Assembly: GCA_963833985.1 (NCBI GenBank)
Contig: CAWIAD010000001.1
Span: 480,001-544,000, forward strand
DNA from: an uncultured Planctomycetaceae bacterium
Lineage (GTDB): Bacteria > Planctomycetota > Planctomycetia > Isosphaerales > Isosphaeraceae
DNA: 64,000 nucleotides
Direction of reading: 5' to 3'
In this document: one piece after another, positions 42,377 through 50,855 of the stretch
Layout: every line of letters starts with the position of its first letter
How positions within the stretch are numbered: position 1 is the first letter of the stretch
Made by a program: the position numbers and the translations under genes
The notes under the pieces: generated by a model
What the model saw: only the letters and a program-made list of their open reading frames with translations
Databases searched by the model: none
What the model was told of the DNA's origin: nothing

Positions 42377-43399
42377 ATGGCTAGCGATCGAGATCTCTTC
42401 GCCGAAGAGCAGACGATGGTCACGATGAGCTTCGGCGAGCACATCGAGGAATTGCGCGTTCGATTGATTCTGGCCCTCATCGGCCTGGGGGTCGGCGTAC
42501 TCATCGCCTTCATCCCCTACATGGATCTCGGCTGGCGGGTCATGAAGAGCATGGAGGCTCCCGCGGCCGATGCGCTCGAGCGCTTCTATCGCAATGAATA
42601 CGACAAGAAGGCCAGGCTGGCCGAGCAATCCCAGGAAGTCTCGCCCACGCTCCAGGCCATGATCCCCGCAGACTCGTTCGTCAAGGCGCTCAAGGAAGTG
42701 GCACCCGACCTGCCGACCCCGCCGGCCGAGCAGCTCGCGGGGAAAACCATCAACTTCCCGCTCCGGTACAACCAGTCGACGTTGATCAAGGCGACGCAGA
42801 GCTCCTCGGTGATGATCGACAAGACCTTGATCTCGCTGGGTCCGCTGGAGACGATCACGATCTACTTCCTGGTCTGCCTGGTCACGGGGCTCGTCGTGGT
42901 GAGCCCCTGGGTCTTCTACCAGGGCTGGGCATTCGTGGCCGCCGGCCTGTACCGGCACGAGCGGCACTACGTGCAGAAGTACCTGCCAATCTCGCTGGGC
43001 CTGTTCCTCACCGGCGTGTTCCTGTGTTTCTTCCTGGTGCTGCCGCTCACCCTGGGTTTTCTGCTCGAATTCAACGTCTGGCTGGGCGTGGCCCCCACCC
43101 TGCGGCTGAGCGAGTGGATGAGCTTCGCGACAATGCTGCCCCTGGTCTTCGGGATCGCCTTCCAGACGCCGCTGATCATGCTCTTCCTGGAGCGGATCGG
43201 CATTCTCACGGTCGACGACTTCCGGGCCAAGCGCAAGATGGCGATCCTGGTCATCACCGTGGCCGCCGCCGTTCTGACCCCCGGTCAGGACCCGATCAGC
43301 ATGACCCTGCTCGCCGTCCCCATGATCCTCCTCTACGAACTGGGCATCCTGCTGGTGGGCTCCAGCAGGAACAAGATCCTGGCCCGCACCAGGTCGTGA
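42377..43399 (+). CDS. tatC: Twin-arginine translocase subunit TatC
   Basis: MSFGEHIEELR, WAFVAAGLYRHER, FGIAFQTP, LTPGQDP and LLYELGI motifs. Confidence 0.94.
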   Translation: MASDRDLFAEEQTMVTMSFGEHIEELRVRLILALIGLGVGVLIAFIPYMDLGWRVMKSMEAPAADALERFYRNEYDKKARLAEQSQEVSPTLQAMIPADSFVKALKEVAPDLPTPPAEQLAGKTINFPLRYNQSTLIKATQSSSVMIDKTLISLGPLETITIYFLVCLVTGLVVVSPWVFYQGWAFVAAGLYRHERHYVQKYLPISLGLFLTGVFLCFFLVLPLTLGFLLEFNVWLGVAPTLRLSEWMSFATMLPLVFGIAFQTPLIMLFLERIGILTVDDFRAKRKMAILVITVAAAVLTPGQDPISMTLLAVPMILLYELGILLVGSSRNKILARTRS

Positions 43400-43432
43400 G
43401 TTGCGTCAGGTATGTCCAGCGCAGTGTCCACT

Positions 43433-44419
43433 GGTGCCCGGTCGCTGCGCTTGACGCATCCTACAAATGCTCACACTTGTCGTCACCAGCTGTGTCGGGT
43501 GTGTCGAGCGCAGCGACGACGCACCGATTCGCGGACCGGGCTTCCTCACTGGTCGGGCTCACGCCCGAGGTTGGGGGCTGCGCCCGTGAAAACCACGTGC
43601 TCACGCACGTGGCCATAGGCCATGCGCGCCGAACGCCAGGTCGGGCGGAGCAGCGACGGGGGGATGAGCGTGACGAGGCGCGATGCAGGTCGGGCTCACG
43701 CCCGAGGTTGGGGGCTGCGCCCGTGAAAACCACGTGCTCACGCACGTGGCCATACGCCGCAGAGTCCATGGCGCTGGCGCACGTGGCCATACGGGCCAGG
43801 CGGCGGGACGTGCGGACCGGGGGCCCGGCGATCGGTCTGATGCGGCTGGGTGCACGTCGGGCTCACGCCCGAGGGTGGAGGCTGCGCCCGTCCGAACCAC
43901 GGCCTGACGACCGTGGTCACCGGTGCCAGACGACGCTGCTGTCTGGAACGGATTCACCCCAGCCGGGAGGTGCCGTGACCACGCCCGTGGAATTGCCGTG
44001 ACCACGCTCGTGAGGGCGTGGTTCGGACGGGCGCAGCCCCCAACCTCGCCCGTGAGGGCGACCCGGTTCAAGGGCTGGTCGGGCTCACGCCCGAGGTTGG
44101 AGGCTGCGCCCGTGAAAACCACGTGCTCACGCACGTGGCCATGCGCCGCAGACTCCATGGCGCTGGCGCACGTGGCCATGCGCCCGGGCTCCAGGTGCGT
44201 ACGGTGCGTCCAGCGCAGCGACGACGCACCAGTCTGCGGACCGGGCCTCCTCACTGGTCGGGCTCACGCCCGAGGTTGGAGGCTCCGCCCGTGAAAACCA
44301 CGTGCTCACGCACGTGGCCATACCTCGCGGACACCACGTGGAAGCGAGCGCCGCGATGTTCACAAGGCCCCGGACGGAAGCTGTTGCGCAGGGTGCGTCC
44401 AGCGCAGCGACGACGCACC
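43433..44419. repeat. Interspersed GTAG-type REP variants (family A2)
   Basis: GGTGCGTCCAGCGCAGCGACGACGCACC-like copies near 43498, 44203 and 44392; inverted variant at 43433-43464. Confidence 0.7.
43551..44321. repeat. Cluster of six 66-bp double-hairpin repeats
   Basis: Copies start at 43551, 43688, 43855, 43998 (inverted), 44077 and 44256. Confidence 0.9.
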
Positions 44420-44757
44420 GATTCGCGGCCTGGGCTCAGGCGGAAACGGTCGCGACGATGTCCGCAACGCCCCGGACGGAGCGACTCCAGGACGTGCGAT
44501 TGCAGGCCAGGTGCACGCACCGGCACGCAAGCTTCGCGTGCCGAAAGGGCACACCTGCCCGACGGCCGGGGAAAAAAACAAAAATCCGAGTTTTCGCGAT
44601 TCTGGGGCAGTTTTGGACGGATCCTCATAGATAGACGGCAGATCGCGGCGCACCGGCCGCTGGCTCGCCGAAGGGGGCCGCTCCTCGGTGTACCGCCGGC
44701 CAGGGCCGCGCTGCGTACCGTACAGAGGTCATGCACCCCAAGTAAAGAGAGCACACC

Positions 44758-46641
44758 GTGGCCACCGCAGCCCAGATCACAGCCAATCGCCGCAACGCCG
44801 CAAAAAGCACGGGGCCGAAGAGCGACCAGGGCAAGGCCCGCGCCCGGCTCAACGCGCTGAGGCATGGCGCCAACGCCCGCATCGCCATCCCCGTCCTGCC
44901 CCAGGAAGATCCCAAGGAGCTCGCCGAGCGGATCTTGCAGTGGACGTTCGAACTCGTGCCGCGCAACGACGTCGAACGCACCCTGGTCGGCCATGCGGCG
45001 CGCATCGACTGGCAGATCGACCGCGCCGAGCGGGCCGAGACGGCTTACCTCGCGGCTCGCGTCCACCGCCAGCGCGACCGCGACGAGGCCACGCGGCTGA
45101 AGCAGGCCCACATTCTGGGCCGCAAGCTGCTGGACACACTCGACCCGCGCGAGCGGTTCGGCAAGGCCGAGTACTACGACGACATGCCGGCCGTGTTCCT
45201 GGCCCGGCTCGAGCAGCTCCCCGAGGGCTGCCGCTGGCTGCTGGCGCGGTGGTCCGAGTTCCGCAACCTCATCGACGTGCGGGCCGCCTGGTGCGAAACC
45301 GACCACTACCGGTTCCTGCGGCTCATGGGCAAGAGCTTCCTGGAAGGCATGATCGACCCGGCCGCCAACCGCGTGTTCCAGGCCGTCGATGCGATCAAGC
45401 CGGATCAGGGCCGCGAGCTCTGGGAGCTGTTCCGCAACATGAAGGCCAGCTCCGGCCCTTATTTCAGCGGCGCGATGCCGTGGCGGCGCCTGTCTCGCCC
45501 GCCGGCGAACGCGAAAGAGGGCTGGGAGGTCCTCAGCTCGATCGTGGACGAGGCGATCCACCGGCTGGAAGCGCGGCTCGCCGAGCACGAGGACCTGGAG
45601 CAGATCGAAGCCGACGCCGAGCCCGACCGCGCGGTCTTCGCCGCCAGCAAGGCCGTCGCGGTCCTGCGCCGGCACCAGGGCGCGCTGACCCGCGAGCTGC
45701 TGCGTACGCTGACCACGCTGTCGAAGCTGCAAAAAGCCGAGCTGGGCGCCGACAACAACAACGAGGCCGACCGCCTCCCGATGCCGGTTGTCCATGAGCC
45801 GCAGATCGGCCCCGCGCCCGAGCCGGACGCACGTCAACCACACGATGAATCGCGCAATGGCCGGAATGAAGGGGATGGTCCCGGGATGGCGTCGAGAGGG
45901 GGCATCTCGCCGCACGCAAAGGTCTGCAAGACGGTGGGTTGCGCTGCGCTGACCCACCCTACGGGTGGTTCACCACGAGTTTCTCGGAGTGTCTTGAACG
46001 AAGCCAATGTTTTGGCGATGCAAGTTGAGAGTGGCAAGGAGGATACAGCCGTAGCGGAGCGCGACCGGCGGCCAGAAGGAAGTCAATCGGGCACGCGCCT
46101 CGGGCAGGATGCGAATGGAGGGGAACAGCCGGGAATGGCTACAGATCGCCCGGGAATGGGAAGTAAGGAGACGATGACAAGCATGAAGAGGGGTATCTCA
46201 CCGCACGCAAAGGTTTGCAAGCCGGTGGGTTGCGCTGCGCTGACCCACCCTACGAGTGGTGCTCCGCGCGTTTCTCAGAGTATCCTGAACGAAGCCAATG
46301 ATCTGGCGACGCAAGTTGATAGTGGTAAAGAGGATATAGCCGTTGCGGAGCGAAAAGGGACGTCAGAACGGAGCCAATCGAGCACGCGCCTCGGGCAGGA
46401 GGCGAATGGAGGGGAACAGCCGGGAATGGCTACAGATCGCCCGGGAATGGGAAGTAAGGAGACGATGACAAGCATGAAGAGGGGCATCTCACCGCACGCA
46501 AAGGTCTGCCAGCCGGTGGGTTGCACTGCGCTGACCCAGCCTACGGGTGGTGCCCCAGGAGTTTCTCGGCGTGGCTTGAACGAAGCCAATGATCTCGCGA
46601 TGCAAGTCAATGGTGCAAAACAAGATAAACAACCATCTTAA
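44758..46641 (+). CDS. Uncharacterised protein with N-terminal ANRRNAxKSTGP..GK...NAxxHG motif and repeat-derived tail
   Basis: Recognisable N-terminal motif; GC3-rich codons to about 45850, then 97-aa tandem repeats. Confidence 0.75.
   Translation: MATAAQITANRRNAAKSTGPKSDQGKARARLNALRHGANARIAIPVLPQEDPKELAERILQWTFELVPRNDVERTLVGHAARIDWQIDRAERAETAYLAARVHRQRDRDEATRLKQAHILGRKLLDTLDPRERFGKAEYYDDMPAVFLARLEQLPEGCRWLLARWSEFRNLIDVRAAWCETDHYRFLRLMGKSFLEGMIDPAANRVFQAVDAIKPDQGRELWELFRNMKASSGPYFSGAMPWRRLSRPPANAKEGWEVLSSIVDEAIHRLEARLAEHEDLEQIEADAEPDRAVFAASKAVAVLRRHQGALTRELLRTLTTLSKLQKAELGADNNNEADRLPMPVVHEPQIGPAPEPDARQPHDESRNGRNEGDGPGMASRGGISPHAKVCKTVGCAALTHPTGGSPRVSRSVLNEANVLAMQVESGKEDTAVAERDRRPEGSQSGTRLGQDANGGEQPGMATDRPGMGSKETMTSMKRGISPHAKVCKPVGCAALTHPTSGAPRVSQSILNEANDLATQVDSGKEDIAVAERKGTSERSQSSTRLGQEANGGEQPGMATDRPGMGSKETMTSMKRGISPHAKVCQPVGCTALTQPTGGAPGVSRRGLNEANDLAMQVNGAKQDKQPS
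45900..46610 (+). repeat. About 2.4 tandem copies of a 291-bp unit, each carrying a REP
   Basis: CCGCACGCAAAGG at 45910, 46201 and 46492; minus-strand REPs at 45933-45962, 46224-46253 and 46515-46544. Confidence 0.9.
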
Positions 46642-46997
46642 CCATCTTCCCAAGATGAGAGGCTTGAACGAAGCCAATGATGACCGGGCCGATGTCAAGC
46701 GAGGCGGTGCGGTTTTTGTGTCGCGGGCTCCCGCACATTTCCTTCGAGGTCGGCTTCGGTCGATCTGGGTGGTCTCGACCGGTCAGCCACTTTACGGCCG
46801 GCGGCTCCAGGGCCTCCAGGCGGCCGGTGCGTGGCTCCGACCGTCTCGCAAGCGTTAGCGGGTCGGCCGGTGGATCGGTGGAGATGCTTGCGATTGCGGG
46901 AGTGAGGACTTAAGTTGAGGATCGGCGACGGTGGCACGGCAACGGCCGAAGCAAGATGCGGTGGTCATCCCCCTATGAGATAGGTCCGGCGCGGCAG

Positions 46998-48302
46998 ATG
47001 AACGAGGTGACGATCGGGCTGATTGGACTGGGGACGGTGGGCACGGGCGTCGCCCGGCTCTTGACCGAGCACGCCGGGAGGATCGCCCGCCGGGCAGGCC
47101 AGCCCCTGAGCTTGAAGTGGGCGGTGGTGCGCGACCTGTCAAAACCGCGCGGCGTGCCGCTGGACCAGGTGCGCGTGACGACGGACATTCGGAAGGTGAT
47201 CGACGATCCGGATGTCGCCATCGTGGTCGAGACGATGGGCGGAATCGACGCGGCCCTGCGAATGGTCCTGGACTGCCTTGCGGCCGGCAAGCATGTCGTC
47301 ACGGCCAACAAGGCGCTGCTGGCCGAGCACGGCCCGCAGATCTTCGCCCAGGCGCGGGCGGCAGGCCGCGCTGTCGCGTTCGAGGCGAGCGTGGGCGGGG
47401 GGATCCCCATTGTCCAGGCGCTGGGCGTATCGCTTGCGGCCAACCAGGTGCAGAACCTGGCGGCGATCCTCAACGGCACGTGCAACTACATACTCACGAA
47501 GATGATGCACGAGGGGCTCGCCTACGGCGATGCCCTGAACCAGGCCCAGCAACTGGGCTACGCCGAGGCCGATCCGACGCTCGACGTCGACGGCACGGAC
47601 ACCGCACACAAGCTGGCGATCCTCGCTCAACTAGCCTTCGGCGTCACGGTGAACACGAGCGACATTCCGCGGCAGGGAATTGACCGGCTGCACCTCGCGG
47701 ACATCACGTACGCAGCCGAGCTGGGTTACACGGTGAAGCTGCTTGCCCTGGCCAAGCTCACTGCCGCCGGCCTGGAGCTGCGCGTGGCACCCACGCTGGT
47801 GAGGCGAGGCACGCCGCTGGCCGAGGTGCGCGGGCCGTACAACGCCATCAGGGTGGTTGGCGACGCCGTCGGCGACACCTTCTTCTACGGCCGAGGCGCC
47901 GGCATGATGCCCACCGCTTCAGCCGTCGTGGGCGACCTGATCGACGTTGTCACCGGCCGGGCCCTGCTCACTTCCCGGGTGCTCGACCTCTGGCCCGAGC
48001 AAGGTCAGTCCGTGCCGCGCACCTCGTCCCGCCAGATCAAGAGCCGCTATTACCTTCGGTTCACCATCGCCGATTCGCCCGGCGTGCTGGCGGCCCTGGC
48101 GCGGATCCTGGGCGAACATGGCATCAGCATCGCCAGCGTGATCCAGCACGAACCCGCCGGCGACGCGGCCGGCGCCAGGGCCGTGCCGCTGGTGATGATG
48201 ACGCACCTGGCCGCCGAGGCCGAGCTGCACGAAGCACTGGCCAGGATCGATCGTCTGGAGGTCGTCACGCCGCCAAGCGTCTGCCTGGGCGTGGAGGATT
48301 GA
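46998..48302 (+). CDS. hom: Homoserine dehydrogenase with ACT domain
   Basis: GLGTVG, VVTANK, FEASVGGGIP, ILNGTCNY and GYAEADP motifs. Confidence 0.95.
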   Translation: MNEVTIGLIGLGTVGTGVARLLTEHAGRIARRAGQPLSLKWAVVRDLSKPRGVPLDQVRVTTDIRKVIDDPDVAIVVETMGGIDAALRMVLDCLAAGKHVVTANKALLAEHGPQIFAQARAAGRAVAFEASVGGGIPIVQALGVSLAANQVQNLAAILNGTCNYILTKMMHEGLAYGDALNQAQQLGYAEADPTLDVDGTDTAHKLAILAQLAFGVTVNTSDIPRQGIDRLHLADITYAAELGYTVKLLALAKLTAAGLELRVAPTLVRRGTPLAEVRGPYNAIRVVGDAVGDTFFYGRGAGMMPTASAVVGDLIDVVTGRALLTSRVLDLWPEQGQSVPRTSSRQIKSRYYLRFTIADSPGVLAALARILGEHGISIASVIQHEPAGDAAGARAVPLVMMTHLAAEAELHEALARIDRLEVVTPPSVCLGVED

Positions 48303-48338
48303 GACAAGCCCCCGGGATATCCGGAGTGAGAGTGCACG

Positions 48339-49568
48339 ATGTCTGCCAAGTATGTGATCGTGATTCCCGACGGGGCCGCCGACGAGCCACATGCCAGCCT
48401 GGGCGGCAGGACGGCGCTCCAGGCGGCTACGATTCCGGCGATGGATCGGCTGGCAAGGGAGGGAATCGTCGGCCGGTCGCGGAACGTCCCCGACCTGTTC
48501 CTGCCGGCGAGCGACGTCGCGACGCTGAGCCTGTTCGGATATGACCCGCAATGCTATTACACGGGCCGCGCTCCGCTTGAAGCCGCAGCCATGAACGTGA
48601 TGCTCGGGCCGGACGACTGGGCCGTGCGGTGCAACCTGATGACGATCGCCGATGGCCGGCTTGCCGACTTCACGGCGGGACACATCAGCAGCGAGGAGGG
48701 CCGGGAATTGATGGCGGCGCTCCAGGCCGCGCTGGGGCGTCCCGGCGAGGTGGAGTTCCTGCCCGGCGTGAGCTATCGCAACCTGATGATCGTGCGCGGC
48801 CGCCCCGGCGTGCCGCGTTTTTCCGGGGCGACCATCACCGATCCGCCGCACGACCACCCCGGCCAGCTTGCCGCCGAGCACCTGCCGCGCGGGCCGGGGG
48901 CCGAATTCCTCAAGATGCTGATGACCGCGGCGACACCGGTTCTGGCCGCGCATCCCGTGAACCGCAAGCGGATCGCGGCCGGACAAGCAGCGGCCAGCGC
49001 CATCTGGCTCTGGGGCCAGGGGAAGGCCCCCCGCATGCCGCGGTTCGCGGAGGTTCGCGGCCTGCGCGGGGCGATCATCTCGGCGGTGGACCTGGTGCGC
49101 GGAGTGGCCCACCTGGCTGGCTGGACACGCATCGACGTCCCCGGCGCCACGGGCTATCTCGATACGGATTACGCGGCCAAGGGCCGTTATGCGGTTCAGG
49201 CGCTGAAGGACTTCGACATCGTCTGCGTGCACGTGGAGGCGCCCGACGAGGCCAGCCACGAGGGCCGCGGTGACGCCAAGGTGGAGGCCATCGAACGGAT
49301 CGACCAGGCGATCGTCGCCCCGCTCTTCGAGGCGCTTTCGCACCACGAGGCCTGGCGCATCCTGGTCTCGCCGGACCATTCCACCCTGCTGCGCACCCGT
49401 GCCCACGACCGCGCCCCCGTCGCCTGGACGATGGCCGGCACCGGCCTTTCCGCTTCGGGCCTGACCTATGACGAGTTCTCGGCCCGCAATGGCGGCGGGC
49501 CATTCCTGGACCAGGGCTACCGCTTGATGGACCGGTTTCTGGACACAACCTGGCGTGGACACGAATGA
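48339..49568 (+). CDS. apgM: Cofactor-independent phosphoglycerate mutase, ApgM type
   Basis: PDGAAD, SDVA, YTGRAPLEA, HVEAPDEASH and PDH motifs; adjacent to hom. Confidence 0.88.
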   Translation: MSAKYVIVIPDGAADEPHASLGGRTALQAATIPAMDRLAREGIVGRSRNVPDLFLPASDVATLSLFGYDPQCYYTGRAPLEAAAMNVMLGPDDWAVRCNLMTIADGRLADFTAGHISSEEGRELMAALQAALGRPGEVEFLPGVSYRNLMIVRGRPGVPRFSGATITDPPHDHPGQLAAEHLPRGPGAEFLKMLMTAATPVLAAHPVNRKRIAAGQAAASAIWLWGQGKAPRMPRFAEVRGLRGAIISAVDLVRGVAHLAGWTRIDVPGATGYLDTDYAAKGRYAVQALKDFDIVCVHVEAPDEASHEGRGDAKVEAIERIDQAIVAPLFEALSHHEAWRILVSPDHSTLLRTRAHDRAPVAWTMAGTGLSASGLTYDEFSARNGGGPFLDQGYRLMDRFLDTTWRGHE

Positions 49569-49594
49569 TCGGAGTAAACGAATGATGGAAAGAC

Positions 49595-49967
49595 GGTGGT
49601 TGCGCTGCGCTGGCCCAGCCCACGCATTGGAGATTGCATACCGCATGTGAATATGTATCTGGTGGGTTGCGCTGCGCTGACCCACCCTACGAGTTGGAGA
49701 TTGCACATTTCATGTGAACATGTAGGGTGGGTCAGCGCAGCGCAACCCACCGGTATTTTCACGAATTGGAGATTGCACATTTCATGTGAACATGTAGGGT
49801 GGATCAGCGCAGCGCAACCCACCGGCATTTTCACGAATTGGAGATTGCACATTTCATGTGAACATGTAGGGTGGATCAGCGCAGCGCAACCCACCGGCAT
49901 TTTCACGAATTGGAGATTGCACATTTCATGTGAACATGTAGGGTGGGTCAGCGCAGCGCAACCCACC
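49595..49967. repeat. REP array upstream of RAYT (2 minus and 4 plus copies; 72-bp period)
   Basis: GTAGGGTGGRTCAGCGCAGCGCAACCCACC at 49722, 49794, 49866 and 49938; inverted at 49661 and degenerate at 49595. Confidence 0.95.
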
Positions 49968-50015
49968 GGTATTTCCAAATGGGTGATCCGATATCGATTC
50001 TCGAGGACTTCGCCA

Positions 50016-50564
50016 ATGTCCGAATACCGACGCTGGTATATTCCGGGAGGGACCTCCTTTTTCACCGTGGTCACGGAGCACCGCATCGAGCTATTTCAGG
50101 ATGTGGCGACAGTCAAATTGCTGGGACGCGTGATGCGCAAGGTCAGGTCCAGGTATCCCTTTCGGACTGTCGCGATGGTTGTCCTCCCCGACCATCTCCA
50201 CTGCGTCTGGACTCTCCCGCGGGGAGACGAGGACTTCTCCAGCAGATGGCGATGGATCAAGGGAGCTTTTACGGAGGAGTGGCTGGCGTCCGGTGCCACC
50301 GCACCTCCAAGGACTGCGTCTCGCCAAGACAAGGGCGAGCACGCCATCTGGCAACGTCGGTTCTGGGAACATCAGATCCGGGACGAGCAAGATCTTGAGA
50401 AGCACGTCGACTACATCCATTACAATCCGGTGAAGCACGGTCACGCGACGCGGCCAGCGGACTGGCCGTGGTCGTCTTTCCGGCGTCATGTCCGGCTGGG
50501 TCATTATCCATCAGATTGGGGCAATTCGTCGCCAGATGAGCCGTTTCCCAGCCCGGCGGAGTAG
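50016..50564 (+). CDS. REP-associated tyrosine transposase (RAYT, HUH/Y1)
   Basis: YRR...GGTSFFTVVT, LPDHLH (HUH), WQRRFWEHQIRD, YIHYNPVKHG and WPWSSF; flanked by GTAG REPs. Confidence 0.93.
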   Translation: MSEYRRWYIPGGTSFFTVVTEHRIELFQDVATVKLLGRVMRKVRSRYPFRTVAMVVLPDHLHCVWTLPRGDEDFSSRWRWIKGAFTEEWLASGATAPPRTASRQDKGEHAIWQRRFWEHQIRDEQDLEKHVDYIHYNPVKHGHATRPADWPWSSFRRHVRLGHYPSDWGNSSPDEPFPSPAE

Positions 50565-50579
50565 AGACGATGAAATTCT

Positions 50580-50855
50580 GGTGGGTTGCGCTGCGCTGAC
50601 CCACCCTACGAATAGGAGATTGAACACCACATGTGAACAGATAACTGGTGGGTTGCGCTGCGCTGACCCACCCTACGGGTTGGAAATTGCACATTTCATG
50701 TGAACATGTAGGGTGGAGCAGCGCAGCGCAACCCACCGGTATTTTCACGAATTGGAGATTGCACATTTCATGAGAACATGTAGGGTGGGTCAGCGCAGCG
50801 CAACCCACCGGTATTTTCACGAATTGGAGATTGCACATGTCATGAGAACATGTAG
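50580..50855. repeat. REP array downstream of RAYT, left part (interrupted by IS1634)
   Basis: Minus copies at 50580 and 50647; plus copies at 50708 and 50780; a GTAG at 50852 cut by the IS. Confidence 0.93.

Noticed and set aside
43551..44321. CRISPR array
   Set aside because: 66-bp units, irregular gaps, one inverted copy and partly repeated spacers.
43024..44860. ORFs across the hairpin repeat cluster
   Set aside because: Several overlapping frames give repeat-derived peptides with no coding bias or recognisable domain.
49690..49970. CRISPR array
   Set aside because: The linkers between repeats are nearly identical, orientations are mixed, there are no cas genes, and the adjacent RAYT and GTAG hairpins identify these as REPs.
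49596..50015. N-terminal repeat extension of RAYT in the 322-aa ORF
   Set aside because: It is translated REP array (72 bp is divisible by 3); the family-typical start is MSEYRR at 50016.
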